A stretch of 61,671 bases of DNA, counting the filler, from Rhabdomonas costata (lineage: Eukaryota), in assembly GCA_019059605.1 (NCBI GenBank). It is 24 parts of 24 records of this genome, joined end to end, with 100 filler letters (N's around TTAATTAATTAA, not from the genome) between each part and the next. Parts side by side here need not be neighbours in the genome. Positions count along the whole stretch, not along the records: positions 48,916 to 51,379 come from JAHMHO010003256.1; positions 51,480 to 53,953 come from JAHMHO010003257.1; positions 54,054 to 56,526 come from JAHMHO010003258.1; positions 56,627 to 59,098 come from JAHMHO010003259.1; positions 59,199 to 61,671 come from JAHMHO010003260.1; 19 more parts are not named here. One strand, given 5' to 3'. Positions within the stretch are counted from its first letter, which is position 1. Each line of letters begins with the position of its first letter. The notes beneath the pieces were generated by a model. It made no database searches, had not been told where the DNA came from, and was given only the letters and a program-made list of their open reading frames with translations. This document shows positions 50,404-61,671 of the stretch, piece after piece. Position numbers and translations under genes: made by a program.

Positions 50404-51234
50404 ATGACATCAAAAAAAATCAGAAAAACAAGTCACGGAGGGTTTTGGGGTAAAACAACAATCACGCAGCACAATGAACAAAAAAGTGTCTGAAACAGAT
50501 AATTGTAAAAATGGTTCACAAAATTGTTCACAAAATTGTTCACAAAATAAAATGAAAGAAGATATTAAGAAACAAGTAGAACAGCAAACTAAGAAACAAG
50601 AAAAAAATAACAAAACAAAACATGAAGAACATGATTCGAAAATAGATTCACCTCAACCTCAGACAGATTCAGCTGATGAAGTAATCTCAAATATAACAAT
50701 TGATAATGAATCAACAACTGAAGCGAAATTCAATGTATCACTTAATGCATTAAAAATGAATTTAGCAAAGACAATAAAAGAACTACGAGATACAAAAAAA
50801 TAATATCAAGAAATTGGATACAATGTATAATCATGATGTACATCGTGCATCAAAGAACACTAAACAAGAAGAAGAAAATAAGAGATGTAAAACCAACAGG
50901 ATTTGGTAAATTAAGAACCGTGCCAGATAAATTAGCAAAACTAGTAGGAATTGAAATAGGTACAACAATGTCACGACCAGAATTTACAAAACAATTCTAT
51001 AAATTATTGGAGGCAAGAAATTTATATTATGACAAAGATAGAGTATTAAGAGTTGATAAAGAGATTAGTGAAGTATTAAGTATTCCAATGGAAGTGAATT
51101 CATCAACATATTTTAAAGATCCCAGCGGATTTAATTTTTATAATGTTCAAAAATATATTGCGAAATGTTATAACGTGGATACAAATAAGAAATCAGAACT
51201 AGATAAGAGTAATATTGTATTATCATACACATAA
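50404..51234 (+). pseudogene. SWIB/MDM2-domain protein, frameshifted
   Basis: KPTGFGKLRTVPDKLAKLVGIEIGTTMSRPEFTKQFYKLL..RNL....DR.LRVD...GFNFYNVQKYIAKCY is a SWIB domain of the type seen in NCLDVs. The N-terminal part is split across frames at about 50415, 50797 and 50855. Confidence 0.75.
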
Positions 51235-51235
51235 A

Positions 51236-51279
51236 AAGTTTACGGAATGATGTGAGTCATCACATCATTCCGTAAACTT
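51236..51279 (+). terminator. Perfect 20-bp stem / 4-nt loop palindrome just after the SWIB stop codon
   Basis: The sequence AAGTTTACGGAATGATGTGA-GTCA-TCACATCATTCCGTAAACTT begins immediately after TAA (51232-51234). Confidence 0.7.
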
Positions 51280-51479
51280 AAAATTTTATTTCGAATAATT
51301 ATTATACAAGAATGGTTCGAAATATATAAAGCAAAGCTGCGGACAAAGTAGTCCTCCGCAAAGTACGCCCCACAAAACANNNNNNNNNNNNNNNNNNNNN
51401 NNNNNNNNNNNNNNNNNNNNNNNTTAATTAATTAANNNNNNNNNNNNNNNNNNNNNNNNNNNNNNNNNNNNNNNNNNNN

Positions 51480-51606
51480 ACGAGCTGCTCAGTTGAATTG
51501 CTAAACATGGCGTGACCCCTGTATCTACGCAGCAGCTGACCTTGGGCGAGTGGCAGTTGTGCGCATGTTTTTAGCCAGTGGGAAATCGCCCTTGGGTCAT
51601 TGCCCG
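51480..51606 (+). repeat. 127-bp exact direct repeat (second copy 53333-53459)
   Basis: The sequence acgagctgctcagttgaa...ggtcattgcccg is identical in both places. Confidence 0.92.
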
Positions 51607-52587
51607 ATGTTGTGTTTCCAATCGTTTCCGAACTTGGTACTTGATTGCCTCTTCCGATAATCGTAGTGTCTGTTTAATATTGGATATTCGATATCGTTCG
51701 AATTATGCGATGTTTTTGCACGTGTTCCAGGAAGAGCGGGGAAGAAGGATACGCGGGGTATCGGGCACGCCCTCTTGTTCCTTTCTCGTGCTCTCATGTG
51801 CCTTTGTTTTGCAAACGGATCCGACCCACATATTTACCTGAAAAAGTAGGTCGAGTATCGAGTTTTCTATCCTAGAGCGGACGCCAAAAGCTTCTGGTTC
51901 GCAACTAAACATGTGGCTTCGGCACCGCCATATGTGACGCCCCTGCATAGGAACCTGCTGTAAGGTACCCCCTTTCCTTCCTAAAAAAGGAACCGCAACT
52001 GGAAACGGCATTCTAAGAATCGCATGTAACATGTGAGCTCATCCCAGGAGAGTTTGCTGCGGGATATCAGCGGCAAATGCCCAACCGAATACAAAGAGGT
52101 TCAGAATTAACGTTTCTTTTGACGCGGTTGGCAAGGGTATTTGCGGGAGTGAGCTGCAAAAAGGAAACGAAGCTGCTTTTCCGATGGACCGTGCGTTTGG
52201 AGCTGGTGGAGTTGCCAGAGCTTTTCCCAACGCGATTGTATGTGCATTTGTTGGTTTTGGTTCTCCTGTGTTTTCAGCCTTGTTTTACCCTTTTCCTGGT
52301 TCTTATCACCCGCTCAGATCAAATGGGCAACACTCGCTCCCGCTGCGTATGTCCCAGCCCCCACTCCTTACTCCTTTTTGACGAGAGGGAAAAATCAGGG
52401 AATGCGGCACCCCGTTCCCCCCTGCAACCCATGGCTGCGCTGTGTCCTGACCCGATTTCGCACGTTTTGCTTCCCCCATCATTTTTTATTACTGGCATTG
52501 TCCTTTTCTCCTTGGTGTGCGCTTATTTTCAGCGGCGTGTGTACGTGTGTGAGAGTGGGTGTACATTTCACCGATGTTGCCGCACAG

Positions 52588-52743
52588 ATGGTTGGTGCGG
52601 TGCCGATGGGTGGCTATGGCATTGCGACGCCAGCCCTCGGCTACGGTGCGCCGGGGGCCTACGGCTTCTCGAGCTTCGCGCCAACCACCTTTGCAACAAC
52701 CCCAATGATTGGGACCTCGGCGTACGGCGCGGGTTGGTGGTGA
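52588..52743 (+). CDS. Gly/Ala/Tyr-rich low-complexity protein, last exon
   Basis: A CAG acceptor is followed by MVGAVPMGGYGIATPALGYGAPGAYGFSSFAPTTFATTPMIGTSAYGAGWW-stop. Confidence 0.55.
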   Translation: MVGAVPMGGYGIATPALGYGAPGAYGFSSFAPTTFATTPMIGTSAYGAGWW

Positions 52744-53678
52744 GGGGGGCTACCTGAAAATGGGGAATTCCATCACAAAGGAATCATTAAACGAGGAAGA
52801 GAGGGAAGAGCGCAGGAAAGCGCTGAGTGGGAGAAGTGGGGTGGGGGTTACTTTTGGGTGAAGTCTGCGCACGGTGCGCTGCAAATTCCTGTCCTGGATG
52901 ACGCTGCCTTTTTCCTTAGCGTGGTTGTCCGTCTGTGTTGCCCCCGACCCGTCCTTGTTTTGCAGATGGGGTGGCGGGCAGAGTTGGGAGGTGAAGCCTT
53001 GTGTGTTTCTTTTGTTCGAGGATCTGATTGGCTCGGACGTTGTGGCCTTCCCTGACACCTGTCGGGAGAACGCGGTATTGCCACTGTACCTCTCCTTTGT
53101 TTTTTTTACTCGCCCTTTTCCTTTTGCGCGCGACTCTACTGCCCTACCACCGGGCAATCGTTGTGGACAAGCTTTGCCGACCTTTCGTTCTTCACTGGCT
53201 TCTTTGGACCTTTCGCCACCACAAGAGAAAAATGAGAGGCGCGGGCGTTTGTTTCGGATCATGGTTGATTTCTGCGACGAACATTCTGTGGTTGCTTTAA
53301 CTTTTATTTAGAATCCGAAATGGACCTTCGTTACGAGCTGCTCAGTTGAATTGCTAAACATGGCGTGACCCCTGTATCTACGCAGCAGCTGACCTTGGGC
53401 GAGTGGCAGTTGTGCGCATGTTTTTAGCCAGTGGGAAATCGCCCTTGGGTCATTGCCCGTTTTTGATTTGTCTTGTTTTTTCCGAATCGCGGGTTTCTTG
53501 TTTTTTTTTTGTGCTATGTTCAGTGTTTTTCAGGTTGCTGAAGCGGTTTTGAGAGAACGAGTGCAAGGTAAAGATGCGCGGTTTCAGACTTGCTTTGGCG
53601 GTTTCCCCTCTTGATGCGCGTTGGCTCTTCTCACGCCCAGAATTCTCATTATCGGCCCTCTGCCCGCCCTTTTCCCGC

Positions 53679-53936
53679 AATGGCCTCGCAAGTCCCGCCC
53701 CTGCACAGCGGTGGCGCTCGAAGTCCCGAGTACGGCGATGATCTGGACCGCGTGCTGGCTGGTGTGGGCCCCGAACTGGCCAGCGAAATCCAGGCGCTGC
53801 TGCACCCCAGTGCTCCTTTGAGCCGTGTCGCTCGTTCCCACAGCCCAGTGACGCCAGCCGGACCTGGGGCGGAACACCGTCAACGCCCCACGGTTCGGGC
53901 ATTGCCCTCCCTTCCCTACCCCGTGGATGGAACTAC
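53679..53936 (+). CDS. Hypothetical protein, first exon
   Basis: An ATG after a pyrimidine-rich leader opens a GC-rich frame MASQVPPLHSGGARSPEYGDDLDRVLAGVGPELASEIQALL. Confidence 0.45.
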
Positions 53937-54479
53937 GTATACCTCACACAACGNNNNNNNNNNNNNNNNNNNNNNNNNNNNNNNNNNNNNNNNNNNNTTA
54001 ATTAATTAANNNNNNNNNNNNNNNNNNNNNNNNNNNNNNNNNNNNNNNNNNNNGGGGTGTTTGATACAAGGGTCTTGCAGAACTCAGGGGATTTTGGTTG
54101 CGTACTTCACGTGCGAAGTCAAAGTGGTCATCGTCTAAGTAGTCGTTAGCTGGTAACGGCTGGGCTGAACGCTCACCCACTGGATGGAATTGCTCTCTGA
54201 CAGACGGCTCAGTGTGAGTTGTTGCTGATTCGGTGAAATCCTGGGCTGGCCCACTGTTGGGTTCGAAGAATTCCGGTCACATTTGTTGTTCTACATGCGG
54301 TGGGTGCCAGTAGATCTACCATTGATTATTGGTTGGCGGCTGCTGCGGTCCAGGTTGAGAAGGACTGCCGTTGGCGTCATCTTCGTCGTCGTCTTCCTGT
54401 AGAAAACCAACAGGGTCCAAGATCCGTGCCCGGTAGGGAATGAATTGGCTGGTTTGTAAGACATGTGTCTCGTGTCCAA

Positions 54480-56470
54480 TTATTTCTAAGGGGATTTAGA
54501 GACTCATGGACGTCAGGATCATTACCCTTTCAATTGGAAACGGTCCGACTGCTCTCGGTGACAATGGTGAACGGGTGCCCACATAGGCTCGCTGATGTTT
54601 GGTATGGTACCAGATCGCCTACGCGGAACTCGTAGTCCCGTCCTTTTCGTTTGGCTTGAGCTACCATGTTTTATTGATTGTCTTGATTCAAAGGCGGCCT
54701 GAATGTCTTTCCAACCCTGTTTCAACCGCTTGACAAACTCCTTGACTTTCTCTTGCTCTCTTCTTGACTGTCTCTTGCTCTCTGTCTGCGTAGAACTGCT
54801 GCGGGTCGGTTGCCTGGTACATCACCAAAGAGAACATGGTGGAATCCACAGTTCAGGTAGTAGGGACTAAACTCTGTGTTTGCGATTGGAGCGTTGTTGA
54901 TTGCCATTTACGCCAACGGTATGTGATGAACCCAGGGAACGGTTTGTTGTTGGATCTGCAGTATTCGAAGGACCTGCTTTAGTGTATGATTAGTAAGTTC
55001 AGCTTGTCAGTTAGTCTGCGAATGTACGTGTTAAAGCTTGCATTTTGATTTCCAGGGCTCTTCATACTGTCTGCCAAAATGTGCGCATGAAAAGCTGATC
55101 CCTGTCGGAGACCACACTTCGCGGTAGCCCATGGTACTTGACAACAGCATCCAAAAACTGTTCTGCTGTCATCTCGGCAGTGTGGTGCTTGTTCTTTGGA
55201 ATCAGATGAACCATTTTGGTTCCACGGTCTGTGACCGTTAGGATCTGTTCAAAGACAATTTGGTTGCCCGGTAGTCGGCACTCATCCACGTTGTCCAGTC
55301 CATTGAGACAGACTGCCATTTTCGTTTAGAGATCTTTAGAGCTTCCTGTAGACCACGCCGTAGATTGTGCTCTGCCTTACTTAGTTGACACTGGTGACAG
55401 GTTTTGGCATATTTGCTGACGCGTCGCTTGATGCGGGGAAATGTGTAGCGACGTTTGGTCATGGCTACGGTACGGTGAATTCCCCAATGTCCATCGTGGT
55501 ACTTTTGAATGATTTACGCAATTCCTGGAGCTCGAACAACAATACGGTCGTCTTCCCACATGCCCCCTAACCGGTAGCTGAATGCTCCGTCAACCGTTAG
55601 GCCAAAGGTTTCAGGATGAAAGTACTTTGCTCTGCACTCTGGGTCGTCACGGTATTCGTTGAGCCAGTCTTCTGCGGGCTGCATCTGGATGGGCGCGCAG
55701 AGATGACCATCAAAGTAGATGGGCGTTGGATTTTTAATGGCTTCTGCGATCAGATCACTGAAGAGAGCTGACTCATCCATCGGTTCTCGCGACAGCGCAT
55801 CAGCGGCTAAGTTAAGCCTCCCCGGTATGTGGGTGATCTTGATCGAGAACGTTTGTAGTTTTTATATCCATTTGATTTGTCTGGGTGCATGTAGGGGGCT
55901 TTCTGTAGGTACCTGAGTGCGGAGTTGTCGGTATAGACGTGCACTTCGGCACCCACTAGGTAATGACGCCATGCTTCCAGAGAATCCACCAAGATCAAAA
56001 TTTCTTTTTCATGAACCGGTTAGTTCTTTTCTGCGGTGAAAAGTTTCCGAGATCGGCAAGCAACAAGCCGTATGTCTCCTTTCTCGTCGTGTTGTGACAG
56101 TGTTGCGCCGGCACCAACTTCTGAACCGTCAGTGTGGAGAATGAGTGGTTTGGGCAAATCTTGAACCATTAAAACGTGGTGTTTGAGGAGTAGGAGTTTT
56201 AGTTCCTCGAACGCTTCGGTTTTTTCTCCACACTGCCAATATTGGTGCCTATTCATTAGATTCGTTAGTGGAGCTGCAAAGGTAGCGTAGTCGGGGCCAA
56301 ACGTTGGTAGAAACCACAAAGGCCTAAGAAACTTTTCACGTCAGTGTGGTTGCGAGGGGTTGGCCAAATGTAGACTGCTGCCAGTTTTTCTGGCATGGGG
56401 CGGACAACTTCGTGTCCCACGATGAAACCACAGTACTCAACTTCCGGTTGACAGAAGGAGCACTTCTGTC
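54480..56470 (-). mobile_element. Degenerate Ty3/gypsy LTR-retrotransposon pol (RT end, RNase H, integrase)
   Basis: Domains occur in RT-RH-IN order. RT: KCSFCQPEVEYCGFIV...KSFLG. RNase H: LHTDGSEVGAGATLSQ, EAWRHYLVG, VYTDNSALRYL. Integrase: CHQCQLSK, WQSVSMD, HGLPRSVVSDRD. There are many stops and frameshifts. Confidence 0.93.
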
Positions 56471-57174
56471 AACCGGAAGTTGAGTACTGTTGTTTCATCG
56501 TGGGACACGAAGTTGTCACCCCCAACNNNNNNNNNNNNNNNNNNNNNNNNNNNNNNNNNNNNNNNNNNNNTTAATTAATTAANNNNNNNNNNNNNNNNNN
56601 NNNNNNNNNNNNNNNNNNNNNNNNNNTTTTTTTGTTTTCACTATTGAGTCCCAGATGCCCTCATTTGGTTTAATGGACAGTTTAAGTGAAGCGGACCAAA
56701 TCTTTGATAATTAGAATCCCGCTCAGAGGTGAGACCCCTGTGAAACCGTGTGAAGGTGATTCATTGATTGACCCACAGAAACTACAATTTCGGAACGAGA
56801 TTCGGAATTTGCAAAAGTTAAGACCCCGCGGGCCGCTTGCAAATTCACACACTTCTGGAAGCCAGCCTGGTGGACACAAACTATATGCCAACCGACAGAT
56901 CTGCAACACACCTTTTTGGGGGCTTTGGGGTTCTCCACCTGCAAAAAGATAACAAGAGAGGGGGGAGGCGTTGGAGCCGCAGCAGAGAAGAGGCCCAGCA
57001 GCTTCACTTAGCGAATCCCTCGCACTGGAAAACCACATAGCTCTTCTATCGCACGGTCAAAAGCTGAGAAGCTGAGAGAAAGAGAAATTCATTCAAAGGT
57101 TAGCCACCTTTTTCCAACGAAATCTTTCCGCCGACACAAGGGGAAGGGGAAGATCTGGAAAAAAAACCCTGAAA

Positions 57175-58625
57175 CCTGCATTGCGGGGGAGGAGCGGGCC
57201 AGCTCCTGCTGTCGGGCCAGGTAGCTGTCGTAGATCCCCGCCGGGGAGATTAGCATACCCTCCGTGCGCGGGAGGGCGGGGGCCGGGGCAGCCTCAACAC
57301 ACTCGCTGTGAGTCACATACGAGACACATGACAGTAAGGAAGGGAAGCGGCGAAGGCAGGCGAAGGTTTGTGCGTGGGAGGGGGCGGGGGAGCACCGTGA
57401 CAAGTGAGCTGTGAAGCCATCCAAATGAAACCACCGCTGGCTGAGGCAGCACGTTGGTTGATGCTGACCACGCCCAAAGCGTGGGCAGAAAAAGGTGCAG
57501 AAGGGAATGCAGGAAGGAGAGACATGACAGCCACCTTTCCTTTGAGCGAGAGGTAGGGCTCAGCATCAAGCTGCTTTCACACCTGACTACACGAGAGCAG
57601 GCACACAACAATGCAGCACCCACCAAGATTCGCTCGCTTGGAGGGAAGCAGCAGGCTCTGGGCGGAGGTGATTGAGCTTGTCAAAGATGGAGCCGATTTC
57701 CCCGTCAGCTTTTGTCAAGGGGAGCTGAGCGGTAGAAAGGCAACTTCAAAAGTCTGGCTGATCCGCAGCTCGCAATGCCCGTTTTGCTTCTAATGAAATC
57801 CGTTTTTTAAAGCTCGCGGGTTATCTTAAAAGAAAGAGGTGAAAGCAGAAACAAAAACCAAAAGAAACGAAAACACATCTCTCCAGTTAAAAACTTTTGA
57901 CCAAAGGTTCAGCTTCGAAGTCCGAAGATGCTTATTTAGAGGGGACTTTTACTCAAGGGTGCTACAAAAACATGGCAAAACCCTTACACTAAGGCGACCC
58001 CGAAAGTCACTGCCGTTCGTGCACTGGTTACGCCAGTACAAAACAAAGCCAGAACCATACACCCGTACAAACCGACTGCCGACTGTCGCACAGCACTGAG
58101 CATGAGGAACGGACGCGCGTGAGCCACACCATGTATTGTGAATTCTCCTCAGGGACACAGCTGGGCGCCTCTGTTGACAGAAAAAGCAACCCCATCTGGA
58201 ACACGCCCCGCTCGACTCACAAACATTCCACGGCGCGACACACCACCGCACGCGGCAACTATTTTTTCACCGCTTTTCCACAATAAAAACTGGGACTCGT
58301 TTGATGAGATGGCGAGAGTGTGACTGATCCATCAAGCAGACAAACGCCGAAAACATCCCAGTTGTTATAGTCATCCATCATCTCGGTACTGGGATTAGGA
58401 TCCAGGCAAAAACAACAGCTGACCCGCAAAGACCCGTACAGTCCAATGATTGCGTTATTCTCCGAGGTGTTTGTGACGCACCAGCGAAAAAATTGAAGGA
58501 GCAAGACGGGAGAGGACATAGACACAGAATAAGGTGAGAGGATCACCATAAGTGGTTTCCTGCTCCTCCTCCAGTTTGAGCAGCCGGTCCAGCTCCGCCA
58601 CCTGAGCAGCCACATTGCCGCCTTG
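57175..58625 (-). CDS. Hypothetical protein, scattered short exons
   Basis: Putative exons read NVAAQVAELDRLLKLEEEQETTY, PNPSTEMMDDYNNWD and AAPAPALPRTEGMLISPAGIYDSYLARQQELARSSPAMQ. No family was recognised. Confidence 0.35.
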
Positions 58626-59587
58626 AAAGGGATCTGTACATCCCCTCAGCCCCCCAATCCCTCTTCAAGCCCCAATACATCTCAGGCCGTCATTTACTTT
58701 TGAAAACAGCAATGGGCGATCCCCGTGAACATATAAAAACCAGTAAGCACAAAGCACAGCGAGCGAGGTTCCACCACCCTTACGTCGGGTGCGGTAAAGC
58801 ACACTGAGCGCTAAAGCAGACACATCCCATGATGTTATATTCATTTATACTCAAACAATGAAAGAAAGAAGGACGTGCTGTATCTAACGACGATTCCAAA
58901 ACAAAAACTGAGAGGAAGAACGGCGCAACTGCTTTTTTGCCCCCCCCCCGGGGTCAACTGTATTTTGGGCTCCTCGTCGGAAACACCCACTCGCTCATGC
59001 TGAATGTTCACCCAGCGACTCAAAGGCAGTGACGCAAAGGATCAGTTCCTGAAAAAGCTGGAGAGTGCATGCCCAGAACTGCTGAGTACCCACACACCNN
59101 NNNNNNNNNNNNNNNNNNNNNNNNNNNNNNNNNNNNNNNNNNTTAATTAATTAANNNNNNNNNNNNNNNNNNNNNNNNNNNNNNNNNNNNNNNNNNNNCG
59201 TGTTCCCTGGGATTCCAATAGAAGATTTTGCAGGGGGTAAGGGGGCGATGCACGTGTTCCGTGGGATTGCAGTAGAAGATTTTGCCCTTTTGAAACTGTG
59301 CGAGCACATTCGGGAGGGCTATTTTCAGTGATTGTGCCTTTCATTTCATTTCCTTTCTTCAGAAAAAGCGGGTTAGGACACTTTGCATGCTTCAGGATTT
59401 CCAATAAACAGCATGCAGGGGGGTCAAGGCAGTCGGATGTGCAGCAGAAGGCCATTTCTCAACAAGGGACAGGAAAACTAGCACACAAAAAGTGGTAAAT
59501 GGAAGAAAATATAAAACCGAAACAGGAGTGAGACATCAAACTGAAAAACGTTTGTTCGCATCTGTGCGCATACGCATGCCGGCGGAC

Positions 59588-61294
59588 CTGAGGGAGGGGA
59601 ACGGCCCTCTTGGGGAGCCTCCCCTTCAAGTCAAACACCTCTAGCTCGCGGGAGAACAGCTCCTTTGGAAGTGCGGTGAGGTCACAAAGGTTCTTTTGTA
59701 CCAGCACGTAGCACGTGCTGAGGCCCTGAACAAACCCAGCATCCCCACCCACTCACCGACGCACCTGCAAACACAAGCAGCTCATACTGGAAGTAATTTT
59801 GTGGTAAATCATCTCTCGAAAGAGAGGGAAATAGTACGCGACTTGCCCTCCTCCGCGGGTTCTCCCTATCCTTGAGGTTGCCGTGCTGGGGTGCAGGAAG
59901 CACGGAATAATTGCAAAACAAACGGTGTTGGAACAGGACAGTGAGCAAAGTAGAAAAACGAATGCAACTTTCTTTCAGTTTGACATTATTCCGCTTTTTT
60001 CTTTGAAGGTGCGAGCGCTATCGGAGAAAAAGGAAACCCGACATCCCAATTCCAGTCCTCAACATGTTTGCACAGCCATCGACCTCAGCTGTGACCCAAG
60101 GGATCTGTTCGACCGACGGGAGCTGTTGCAACCACATCCCAGGCCACGATGGCGCCGCCCTGAGGCCCAACAGAAACGTTCCCCAAAACACGCAGTTGAC
60201 CTGGGTCAGCTTGTGGCACGCGAAGAAAGGAGTAAGGAGGGAGCTCGGGTGCTGCAGCAAGTGCTTGTGGTAGTCTGCGATGATAGCCTCCAACGTCTCA
60301 AACTCGCTGCTCAAAATCTTATGGTAAAAGCAAGCGATAGAGGAGGCATGTGAGCGGATGCGCGTATATATTTCAATCACTTTGATTTAGGTGTCACACC
60401 GAGAGCCAGAACTCATTTCGATCGCTGTATGTCTTGCCCCCCCCCTCCCGCTCCCCCGACAGACCATCATTTGCTGGCGTCAGATGCGGTAACGTGGGTC
60501 GAGGTGTCAAAACCCACTCGAAGGACCCAAGAAGAAGAAGAAACACACTGCGTTAGGGAAGGATTCGTGGAGGGTGTAACAAAAGCAAAACGTCCCAATT
60601 TTAAAACCTTCCTCCCTTCCTTCCTAGAGTACCTCAAGAACGGAGCGGGGAGGGAGGGAGGGATGCGCGGGTGAGGAGAGCGTGTCAGAGCCGAAGGGTT
60701 GCCCAGGAAACCAGAAACAGTGATGCTTTTTCCCGAGAAGCACAGCCGTCACACCGTTTTCATGAGCAGGGTGCCGCATTTGGATTTCAGGAAGAGTCCC
60801 TGGCGGCCGCTGCCCTGCTCCAGCCCGCACTCATCCTCGAAGTCCCACTCTGCAACGTACCTGTGGATGGGGTTAAAAAGCCTTTGGGTGGATTGTGTTG
60901 CTGAGTGAGCAGCTCCTGGCTTTCTTGTGGCTTTCTTGCGCCCTTGCATACTCTCCCGGCCTGATTCACGCCCCGTTTCCACCTTGTTCTGCCCAGGGCA
61001 AACTTTTCTCAGGCGTAGGCGTGAGCCAACCGGCCCATGCCATGACATCAGACCATCTTACTAAACATGCCACAGGGTGTATCGTCAGCAACTTTGGCAT
61101 CGCTGCTGAAGGCCCAATGTATGTATGAGACAACAAAATCCGCTCGCCCCCACCCAATACGCCCAGGCGCACCTGTCCCGAGAGACCCCAAACAACTCCC
61201 GGATCGCGTGGAAGGTCTTCGGGGCCATGTCCACACATTCGATGCCGTCGGGGCCCACGAAGGAGTAAGCCTCGTCGGACGCTGCCGCGGCGCC
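59588..61294 (-). CDS. Phosphatidylinositol-phosphate kinase (PIP5K family), partial
   Basis: The exons read DMAPKTFHAIRELFGVSRD / GSGRQGLFLKSKCGTLLMKT / ILSSEFETL......YHKHL..HPSSLL..FF / YVLVQKNL....EVFDLKGR. Confidence 0.85.
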
Positions 61295-61475
61295 CTGAGC
61301 GCACGCCATCCGCAGCAGCGAACGAAGGCTTCCGCCACCCCACCGCATGGGTTCCTGTGGTTTGCTTCTCCGCGAAAAAGAGGGGTAGCCGTAAAAGGGG
61401 AAACGGAAGAGTAAAGGAGGGAGAGAGCAGAAATCACAGAATAACACCGATTAACAGCAACGTCACCTGTGGTGA

Positions 61476-61508
<33 letters not shown>

Positions 61509-61671
61509 CTCACTCACTCACTCACAGCGTCAGTCAAAGGCTCACAGCAATGCATCCCTGGTCTGTTCTTGACCCATTTGCAAAAAAACATTGAACACAA
61601 ATAGCAACGAATAGACGAGCATCGGTCTTTTGCATATCTAGGAATGCCCACCCACCCACACATCGCTGGGT

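Larger units (their letters stand above)
48916..51379. other. AT-rich intronless contig of probable giant-virus (Mimiviridae-like) origin
   Basis: Base composition is visibly far more AT-rich than all other contigs, and third codon positions are A/T. It carries collagen-like and SWIB genes and a post-stop palindrome. Confidence 0.7.

Noticed and set aside
36147-51379. Apparent clustering of HCP fusion, adenylate kinase, AsmA and virus-like genes as an island or operon
   Set aside because: The genes sit on separate contigs, so their adjacency is artificial.

Overview
This window is not contiguous DNA. It holds 24 unrelated contigs of about 2.47 kb, joined by artificial 100-nt spacers (N44-TTAATTAATTAA-N44). 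G/T-rich starts, C/A-rich ends and terminal fold-backs suggest a whole-genome-amplified (single-cell-type) assembly. Most contigs are intron-rich nuclear DNA of a protist. A VPV-repeat articulin/alveolin-type gene and a divergent eIF4E point tentatively to a euglenid/euglenozoan. Recognisable fragments include Sly1, a PRMT7/9-like protein, a CaiB/BaiF CoA-transferase, a MYST acetyltransferase, an ankyrin+MIB/HERC2 protein, an M61-like peptidase, LeuRS, a vWA protein, adenylate kinase, eIF4E, an AsmA-like protein, a PIP kinase and a degenerate Ty3/gypsy pol. Four observations stand out. (1) A spliced gene fuses a cytochrome-P450-reductase/FNR-type FAD/NADPH domain in frame, inside one exon, to the N-terminus of a class I hybrid cluster protein (36147-38040). 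(2) An AT-rich, intronless, giant-virus-like contig carries a collagen/BclA gene and a frameshifted SWIB gene with a 3' hairpin (48916-51379). (3) Splice donors are relaxed: GA and GC occur alongside GT. (4) Anaerobe-type enzymes are present (HCP, Desulfovibrio/hydrogenosome-type adenylate kinase). All family assignments come from motif recognition by eye; no searches were run.
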